55,621 nt of DNA from assembly GCA_964521465.1 (NCBI GenBank), contig CAZFSD010000001.1, positions 18,715 to 74,335 of the forward strand, in the 5' to 3' direction. Of this stretch, positions 49,764 to 55,621 are shown piece after piece. Positions within the stretch are counted from its first letter, which is position 1. Each line of letters starts with the position of its first letter. Under the pieces are notes generated by a model. The model worked only from the letters and a program-made list of their open reading frames with translations, ran no database searches and was not told where the DNA came from. The stretch comes from an uncultured Candidatus Peribacteria bacterium (GTDB lineage: Bacteria > Patescibacteriota > Gracilibacteria > UBA1369 > UBA12463). A program made the translations under genes and the position numbers.

Positions 49764-51311
49764 CTATGATTTTCCTATTTTTAATAGATTTTTGCCGGTC
49801 ATTTCTTTTGGTTGATCGATGTTCATGAGATACAAGATCGTTGGTGCGACATCTTGGAGTTCTCCGTCTTCGAGTCTTTTGCTTTGATTTTCTTTGGATA
49901 CGAGGATCAGTGGTACAGGATTTCTGGTGTGAGAAGGACATGGCTGGCCTTTTTCTTTTCCTTCGTCATAGATCATGTATTCGGCATTTCCGTGGTCGCC
50001 CGTTATGAAAGTTTCGTAACTGTTGGCGAGTGCCGTCTGCGTGATGCGGCCCAGACATTCATCGATGACTTCTACTGCCTTGACCGTTGCCTGATAATTT
50101 CCTGAATGGCCGACGAGATCGCAGTTCGCGAAGTTGAGGACGATGAGATCATATTGTTGTGATTCAATGACTGGAAGGAGTGCGGTCGTTACTTCTCGGG
50201 CGCTCATCTCTGGTTTTTCGGCGTAGGATGGGCATTTTGGCGAGTCGATCATGAGTCGTTCTTCGTGCGGGAAAGGTTTTTCCACCTGACTGTTGAAGAA
50301 ATAGGTGACGTGAGCGTATTTTTCTGTTTCTGCGATGCGGAATTGTCTCAAGCCTTTTTTCTCGATGATTTCACCGAGATTGTTCTGGATGATTGGTGCT
50401 TCGAATACGACCGGTGCTTTTTTGCTGTAGTCTCCCATGCACACGAAAAAAGGTCGTACGGCATTTTCGTGAGTGTTGAGGGGCGTTTCTTCGGTGAAAG
50501 ATTGCGTGATTTGTCGTGCGCGATCGGTGCGGAAATTCCAAAAAATAACAGCGTCTTCATTTTTCATGACACCTTGTTCATTGAGAACGATTGGATCGAT
50601 ATAGTAATCCGTCTTTGCGCCTCTCGCATAGGCGTTGTCGATGGCTTGGATTGAGTCTTGCTCTTTTGTTCCTTGTCCGAGAGTATAGAGATCGTATGCT
50701 TTTTGGGTTCTGTCCCAATTGTTGTCGCGATCCATGGCGAAGTAGCGACCGATGATTGTTGCGATGGATGCCTGATGCTGCATGCCGAGTTCCTGGATTT
50801 TTTGTTCGATTTGCTTGATGAATCCTTGTGCGGTTTTTTCTGGAACATCGCGACCATCGGTTACTGCATGAATGAAGACTTTTTCGATCTTTTCACGTTT
50901 TGCCATTTCGAGCAGGGCGAAAAGGTGATGGAGATGTGCATGAATACCTTGATCGGAAATCATGCCGAGAAGATGGAGTGCTGCTTTTCCATGTTTTTTT
51001 ACCCGATCGCAGGCATCTTTGAGCGGTTTTTTTTCGAAAAAATTTCCGTTTTTGATGGATTGATTGATTTCTTCCAGCGATTGAAATGTGATGCGTCCGG
51101 CGCCGATCGTGAAATGTCCGACTTCGCTGCCTCCTTGAGTTCCTTCTGGGATGCCGACCGCGTTTCCGGAAGCTCGAAGGAAGCTGATAGGATAATTTTT
51201 CCGAAGTTCGTCGATCGCAGGGGTGTGAGCATTGGCAATGGCATTTCCCTCGTATTTTTTTCCTTCGCCGAAGCCGTCGAGGATGATCAGGATAACCTTT
51301 TTATTGTCCAT
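49764..51311 (-). CDS. gpmI: 2,3-bisphosphoglycerate-independent phosphoglycerate mutase
   Basis: 515 aa with VILIILDGFGEG, the phosphoserine region GGSEVGHFTIGAGR, and ITGDHGNAE. Confidence 0.95.
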   Translation of the reverse strand: MDNKKVILIILDGFGEGKKYEGNAIANAHTPAIDELRKNYPISFLRASGNAVGIPEGTQGGSEVGHFTIGAGRITFQSLEEINQSIKNGNFFEKKPLKDACDRVKKHGKAALHLLGMISDQGIHAHLHHLFALLEMAKREKIEKVFIHAVTDGRDVPEKTAQGFIKQIEQKIQELGMQHQASIATIIGRYFAMDRDNNWDRTQKAYDLYTLGQGTKEQDSIQAIDNAYARGAKTDYYIDPIVLNEQGVMKNEDAVIFWNFRTDRARQITQSFTEETPLNTHENAVRPFFVCMGDYSKKAPVVFEAPIIQNNLGEIIEKKGLRQFRIAETEKYAHVTYFFNSQVEKPFPHEERLMIDSPKCPSYAEKPEMSAREVTTALLPVIESQQYDLIVLNFANCDLVGHSGNYQATVKAVEVIDECLGRITQTALANSYETFITGDHGNAEYMIYDEGKEKGQPCPSHTRNPVPLILVSKENQSKRLEDGELQDVAPTILYLMNIDQPKEMTGKNLLKIGKS

Positions 51312-52145
51312 TTATGAGAGCAGAAAAAAGTCCGTGTACCAGTTCAGGATACGGTCTCCTACGAAGATTGCAAGAAGAGTTCCGGTGACGAGGAACGGTC
51401 CAAAGGCAATAGCCGTCTTTCCGGTGGCTTTTCCTCGCAGTAAGAGCCATGTTCCCCACAGTGCTCCCAGGAGGTATCCCGTGAAAATTGCGATGAGAAG
51501 CAGTTTCCAACCGAGGAAAATTCCCATAAGAACTCCAAGTCGAACATCGCCTTCTCCAAGCCATTTTCCGCGTGAGATGAGAACTTGCCCCTGGAAGAAA
51601 ATCAATGCTGCGACTGCCCCGATGATCATATTCGTGAGCGATGGACCTTGAAGTGCGATGCCGCTGATGATGGCGATGATTATTCCTGTTACGGAAAAAG
51701 CATCCGGAATTTCCTGATATTTGAGATCGTTGAAGAAAATGAGCATGAGGAAGCTCGAAATTACACTCATGTTGATCCATTGCAGGAGACTTTTAGCACT
51801 GAAAACGATATAAGGAGCGGTGTCGAAAAAATCTATGAAAGGGGATTTGAGAAAAAGTGCAGCGAAAAGAATCGCAGTGGCCACTTCGATCCAGAGTATC
51901 TCTGATCCGATTTTCTTCTCACATGTTCGACATTTTCCTCTCAGGGCGAGATAGCTCGCAATGGGGACGAGATCCAGTCCTTCGAGTTTCTTTTTGCAAT
52001 GGCTACACTGGGAACTTCCGAAGATGATTTTTTTTCCACGAAGTTTTCCGTAGGGCTTTTGATTGTATCGGTCGATCAGTACACCGAGAAAACTTCCGAC
52101 AGCGGCTCCGAGATAGAAAATGACGAGAGTGAAAAATGCCAGCAT
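51312..52145 (-). CDS. pilD: prepilin peptidase (A24 family, PilD-like)
   Basis: From the internal Met (MLAFFTLVIF): the N-terminal Cys pairs CSHCKKK...CRTCEKK, and the Asp motifs YQEIPD and GEGDVRLG. ATG 52145 sits 1 nt after the upstream TPR gene stop. The track extension to 52286 would overlap that gene by 140 nt. Confidence 0.85.
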   Translation of the reverse strand: MLAFFTLVIFYLGAAVGSFLGVLIDRYNQKPYGKLRGKKIIFGSSQCSHCKKKLEGLDLVPIASYLALRGKCRTCEKKIGSEILWIEVATAILFAALFLKSPFIDFFDTAPYIVFSAKSLLQWINMSVISSFLMLIFFNDLKYQEIPDAFSVTGIIIAIISGIALQGPSLTNMIIGAVAALIFFQGQVLISRGKWLGEGDVRLGVLMGIFLGWKLLLIAIFTGYLLGALWGTWLLLRGKATGKTAIAFGPFLVTGTLLAIFVGDRILNWYTDFFLLS

Positions 52146-52146
52146 G

Positions 52147-53631
52147 CTATGGTTTCGATAAAGTATTGGCTTGCATGAGCTGATTGTATCTTTGTCCTGC
52201 ACTGTCTCCGACCGAGGTTCCTTTTCCGAGGTCGAAGGCGGTTTTGTAGTAATCTTTTGCAGTTTGTGGATATTTAATTTCTTCAAAAAGTTTTCCGAGA
52301 TTCAAGTAGGCTGCCGAAAGTTTTGGATCCATTTGCACGGCTTTTGCGAGATTGTCGCGAGCTGCCTGATAATCTTTTTTTGACATGAGTGCCCAGCCAA
52401 GCAGATTGTAGCTCATGGCTTCGTTTGGATGCTTCTGAACGGCTTTTTGTGCGAGTGCGATCGCACGGTCGGCACTTTGAAGCTTTTCGATGTAAAGAAA
52501 AATTGGGCGTATGAAATAGGTAATATCGTCACTGTTGAGTTTGATCACTTCTTCATATTTTGCAGCGGCTTTTTCGTAGGCTCCGGCCTCAAGATACAAG
52601 TCGGCGAGTTTTTGTTGTGCTTGAATTTTTGGTTCAAATCCTTTCTTGATCGCTTCTTCGATATTTTCGATTGCTTGATTGCTTTCATTCTTGAGCTGAT
52701 GAGCGAGTCCGAGGAAGAAGAGTGTTTCTGGTTTGTAGGGATCAATGGCTTTTGCTTGCTTGAGTGCGTCTTCTGCATTTTTCCCATCTTCGAGATTGAT
52801 GTAGGCGTATCCGAGAAGAATCCAGGCGTCGCGGTAATCTTTCTTTTCTTTGACGACATCGAAGAGCAGGGGGATCGAGAGCGTGTACTGTCCCGCTTCA
52901 TTCAAGTTTTTTCCGAGGAGTGTTTTGAGATAGATCAGCTGACTACCCTGACTTGCGGCAAAGGTTTCGTAACTTTTGATGAATTTTTGTGCGGAAGTTG
53001 TGAGTGTCGAATCGGTATTGATGGCGATCGCCTCTGTGAGATAATTTTTACTGTCGGTGTATTTTCCGAAGTAGGCGGAGAGAATGCCTTTATCATAGAG
53101 AATTCGCTGATTTTTATCAGGAATGGTATTTGCTACTTCCAATGCTTTTTCTGGTTTTTTCCCGAGGATAAATGCATCGATGAGAAGTCCGGTTACTTCG
53201 ATATTGCCACTCTGTTTGACCAGAATTTGCTGGAAAATTTCTCGTGCACGATCAGCATCTTTGCGCTTCAGATGGAGTTTTCCGATTTGGATGAAGGGTT
53301 CGAGTGCTTGCGGGTTGATTTTGTTGGCGATGGCATATTCGTTGTACGCGAAAGTGTATTGATTTTGTGCGGCGAAAGCGTCGCCTTTTTTCATGTGCTC
53401 TTCGAAGGTGGGAGGGTTGTCGATGATGGGTGGTAGAATGCTGGCTGGTTTTTCCAGTTCCGGTGATTGATTCGTTGTTGATATTTTTGGTGCTACGGTT
53501 TTCTGTGCTGGTTCAATTTTTCCGAAAAAAAGTTCGGTATTGAGTTTGAGAACGCCCGTTGCTACAAGCCCTGTAACTCCAATAAGGACGGCGAGAATGA
53601 TCGTAAGGATGGTAGTAACAGTTTTCTTCAT
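52147..53631 (-). CDS. membrane-anchored TPR-repeat protein
   Basis: 494 aa. N-terminal TM anchor (ILTIILAVLIGVTGLVATGV) followed by repeated TPR-like A/Y/L patterns (e.g. AWILLGYAYINLEDGKNAEDALKQAKAIDP). Confidence 0.75.
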   Translation of the reverse strand: MKKTVTTILTIILAVLIGVTGLVATGVLKLNTELFFGKIEPAQKTVAPKISTTNQSPELEKPASILPPIIDNPPTFEEHMKKGDAFAAQNQYTFAYNEYAIANKINPQALEPFIQIGKLHLKRKDADRAREIFQQILVKQSGNIEVTGLLIDAFILGKKPEKALEVANTIPDKNQRILYDKGILSAYFGKYTDSKNYLTEAIAINTDSTLTTSAQKFIKSYETFAASQGSQLIYLKTLLGKNLNEAGQYTLSIPLLFDVVKEKKDYRDAWILLGYAYINLEDGKNAEDALKQAKAIDPYKPETLFFLGLAHQLKNESNQAIENIEEAIKKGFEPKIQAQQKLADLYLEAGAYEKAAAKYEEVIKLNSDDITYFIRPIFLYIEKLQSADRAIALAQKAVQKHPNEAMSYNLLGWALMSKKDYQAARDNLAKAVQMDPKLSAAYLNLGKLFEEIKYPQTAKDYYKTAFDLGKGTSVGDSAGQRYNQLMQANTLSKP

Positions 53632-54113
53632 GCGTGAGTGAGGAGGGGAATGTTTTGTGCGTGGCAGAGAGCGAGTGCTAGCGCGTCAGCGGCGTCGTCG
53701 GGTCTCGGAATTTCCTTCAGACCGAGAATCATTTTTACCATTTTTTGCATACCTTGTTTGCTTGCTTTCCCGTCTCCGCAGATGTTGATTTTGGCTTCGT
53801 TTGGCGTATATTCGTAGATTTCCACTTCTGATTCTTGTAATTTTTGCAGAATAACTCCGCGACTTTGTGCGACGGCGATGCCGGTGGTGACGTTTTTTGA
53901 GAAGAACAATTTTTCTACTGCGGCGTGCTGGGGTTTCCAGACTTTCATCAGTTCTCCCAAATCTTCTCGAATGAGCGAAAGGCGTTTTTGATTGCTGAGT
54001 GCTTTGTCGGTTTTGATGCAGCCATAGTCCAGGGCGCGGCATTTTCCTTTGGTATATTCGATGATTCCAAATCCTGTCGTTGCCGTTCCGGGATCGATAC
54101 CAATGATTATCAT
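53628..54113 (-). CDS. ruvC: Holliday junction resolvase RuvC
   Basis: From the internal Met: MIIIGIDPGTATTGFGIIE...EKLFFSKNVTTG...DAADALALALCHA. ATG 54113 overlaps the pyk stop (TAATG). The 54-aa extension in the ORF track is an Arg-rich out-of-frame read of the pyk 3' end. Confidence 0.9.
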   Translation of the reverse strand: MIIIGIDPGTATTGFGIIEYTKGKCRALDYGCIKTDKALSNQKRLSLIREDLGELMKVWKPQHAAVEKLFFSKNVTTGIAVAQSRGVILQKLQESEVEIYEYTPNEAKINICGDGKASKQGMQKMVKMILGLKEIPRPDDAADALALALCHAQNIPLLTHA

Positions 54114-55540
54114 TATTGTATCACAATCGTGGAAATAAGTTTTTGCTCTTTGCTGGCGTTGACGACGATAACGACTTCGTCTCCGACTTTTGCGATTTTT
54201 TCTTTTTTGAGGAGTGACTCGACTTCTGCGGGAATATTTTTGAAGTTGATACGCTCTACGAAAATCTGTTTGCAACCCCAGGAAAGTGCGAGCTGATCTT
54301 TGACTTTTTCAGTGGTCGTAATGGTGATGAGTGGCCTGTAGATGCGATGTTTGGCGATGTGCTGTGCGGTGAATCCCGTGAGGCTGACGGCGACGATGAA
54401 ATGCGCCTTGATGTCTTCTGCGAGTTGCGCCGCGTTCATACAGGTCGCGTTACTGATTTGGAGCTCCTGATTTCGTTTTCGCTGCGGGAAAAGATGAGGG
54501 TGTTTCTGGATGTTTTTTTCGGTGGCGACGGCGACTCGGGCGAGCGTTTCGACGGCTTGTACCGGATATTTTCCTACGGCTGTTTCATTGGAAAGCATGA
54601 GCGCGTCACTATTGTCGAAAATCGCATTGGCGGCATCGCTGATTTCTGCGCGCGTCGCTCGTGGATTTTCCACCATGGAGTTGAGCATGTGGGTCGCGGT
54701 GATGACCGGTTTTCCGTATTCGTTACAGAGGTGGATCGCTTGTTTTTGCACGAGTGGAACTTGTTCTGCCGGAATTTCGATGCCGAGATCGCCACGGGCG
54801 ATCATGATGGCATCGGCGATTTTGATGATCTCTTCCAGGTTCGTGACGGCTTGTCTTGTCTCGATTTTTGCCATAACTCGAGCTTTGGATTTTTTTGCTT
54901 TGATGATTTTTCGCAGTTCATAGATGTCTTTGGCGGTTTGAACGAACGAGAGTGCGACAAAATCGACATCCTGTGAAAGTCCGAATTCCAGATCTTGATG
55001 ATCTTTTTCGGTCATGGATGGCAGTGAGAGCGTGGTGGTGGGGACATTGACGCCTTTGCGACTGTGAATGACGCCTTGATTCACGCAGCGGCAAGTGATT
55101 TCTGTTCCTGTTACTTTTTCGACTGCGAGCTCAATAAGACCGTCGTCCACGAGGAGCATGTCACCTTTTTTGACTTCTTGGTGGAGCTGCGTGTAGTCGA
55201 TCGGAATGATCGGGGATTTTTTGCCTGTGTCTGCGTTTTTGAGATTGGTCGTGAGCGTGATGAGCTCATCTTTTTCTACGGCGATTCCTGCTTCTGGAGC
55301 CTGAGCAATGCGGATTTTCGGACCCTGGAGATCTTGGAGGATGGCAATCGGCTGATCGAGTTTTTTGGAAATTGCACGAATGTTTTTGATAATTTCTTCG
55401 AACTGCTCGTATTTTCCATGCGAAAAATTGAGACGCGCGACATTCATGCCCGCGCGAACCATGGCTTCGAGAATTTCAGGACTACTGGACGCTGGTCCGA
55501 GGGTGCAGACAATTTTCGTATTTTTTATTTCTTGAAGCAT
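54113..55540 (-). CDS. pyk: pyruvate kinase
   Basis: 475 aa with TKIVCTLGPASSSPEILEAMVRAGMNVARLNFSHG, MIARGDLGIEIP, and no PEP-utiliser extension. Confidence 0.95.
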   Translation of the reverse strand: MLQEIKNTKIVCTLGPASSSPEILEAMVRAGMNVARLNFSHGKYEQFEEIIKNIRAISKKLDQPIAILQDLQGPKIRIAQAPEAGIAVEKDELITLTTNLKNADTGKKSPIIPIDYTQLHQEVKKGDMLLVDDGLIELAVEKVTGTEITCRCVNQGVIHSRKGVNVPTTTLSLPSMTEKDHQDLEFGLSQDVDFVALSFVQTAKDIYELRKIIKAKKSKARVMAKIETRQAVTNLEEIIKIADAIMIARGDLGIEIPAEQVPLVQKQAIHLCNEYGKPVITATHMLNSMVENPRATRAEISDAANAIFDNSDALMLSNETAVGKYPVQAVETLARVAVATEKNIQKHPHLFPQRKRNQELQISNATCMNAAQLAEDIKAHFIVAVSLTGFTAQHIAKHRIYRPLITITTTEKVKDQLALSWGCKQIFVERINFKNIPAEVESLLKKEKIAKVGDEVVIVVNASKEQKLISTIVIQ

Positions 55541-55564
55541 GTGAGGAGGGGATTAATTTGAATT

Positions 55565-55621
55565 TTATTTCACCGTAACACTCTTCGCCAAATTTCTTGG
55601 CATATCGGGGTCGTTTTGTTT
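55565..55621 (-). CDS. glmS: 3' end of glutamine--fructose-6-phosphate aminotransferase (partial, runs off window)
   Basis: The minus-strand translation ends ...NDPDMPRNLAKSVTVK-stop. PRNLAKSVTV(E/K) is the characteristic GlmS C-terminus. Only 18 codons are visible. Confidence 0.6.
   Translation of the reverse strand, partial: KQNDPDMPRNLAKSVTVK

Noticed and set aside
52146-52286. 47-aa N-terminal extension of the prepilin peptidase ORF.
   Set aside because: It would overlap the TPR gene by 140 nt. The internal ATG 52145 begins directly with the first TM and follows the TPR stop by 1 nt.
52429-53436. 335-aa plus-strand ORF antisense to the TPR gene.
   Set aside because: An F/C/E-rich shadow of a repeat-rich sense gene, with no independent support.
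54114-54275. 54-aa Arg/Lys-rich N-terminal extension of the ruvC ORF.
   Set aside because: It is an out-of-frame read of the pyk 3' end. The canonical RuvC N-terminus MIIIGIDPG starts at the internal ATG 54113, which overlaps the pyk stop.
55541-55551. GGAGG on the plus strand here, and at 53641-53645, considered as Shine-Dalgarno sites for plus-strand genes.
   Set aside because: No credible plus-strand ORF follows. These sequences are the complement of the C/U-rich leaders of the minus-strand pyk and TPR genes.

Overview
This is a 55.6-kb, very gene-dense chromosomal segment with about 51 CDS and one tRNA. Most intergenic gaps are under 100 bp and many starts and stops overlap. The host looks like a small-genome bacterium of moderate-to-low GC using the standard genetic code, since TGA ends conserved genes at their expected lengths. 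Almost all content is housekeeping. In order: pyrH-frr-rseP-dnaA, a 1581-aa protein with peptidoglycan-enzyme domains, mltG, ybaB, a secreted cupredoxin, rplY, H+-pyrophosphatase, rel, recO, ftsX, archaeal-type FAD synthetase, gatCA, a TrmB-like regulator, holA, archaeal-type tpiA, an O-antigen-ligase-family protein, riboflavin kinase, a MurE-like ligase, truB, a WecA/MraY-family transferase, yggS, dnaG-rpoD-greA, lgt, pyrG, trpS, priA, tRNA-Arg(TCG), secDF, GDP-mannose genes, gpmI, prepilin peptidase, ruvC, pyk and the 3' end of glmS. I saw no rRNA, CRISPR array, transposase, integrase, phage gene or recognisable defence system. The gene content and style suggest a Candidate Phyla Radiation/Patescibacteria-like organism; this is inference only. 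The most interesting observations are: (1) a SecDF fusion with a parvulin PPIase module built into its periplasmic domain; (2) the giant protein after dnaA, which has a YkuD L,D-transpeptidase domain, SLT-like motifs and no signal peptide; (3) a 115-nt, ~76% GC tandem/palindromic element inserted in frame in a small membrane-protein gene; (4) translation-initiation regions with no Shine-Dalgarno, which are either leaderless (-10 box exactly 6 nt before ATG at four genes) or carry a recurrent C/U-rich CCCCTCCTCAC-type leader; (5) a PriA whose helicase/ATPase motifs are all degenerate; (6) an orphan membrane protein with tandem GspF/PilC-N-like modules. All functional calls come from motif recognition by eye, because no searches could be run.
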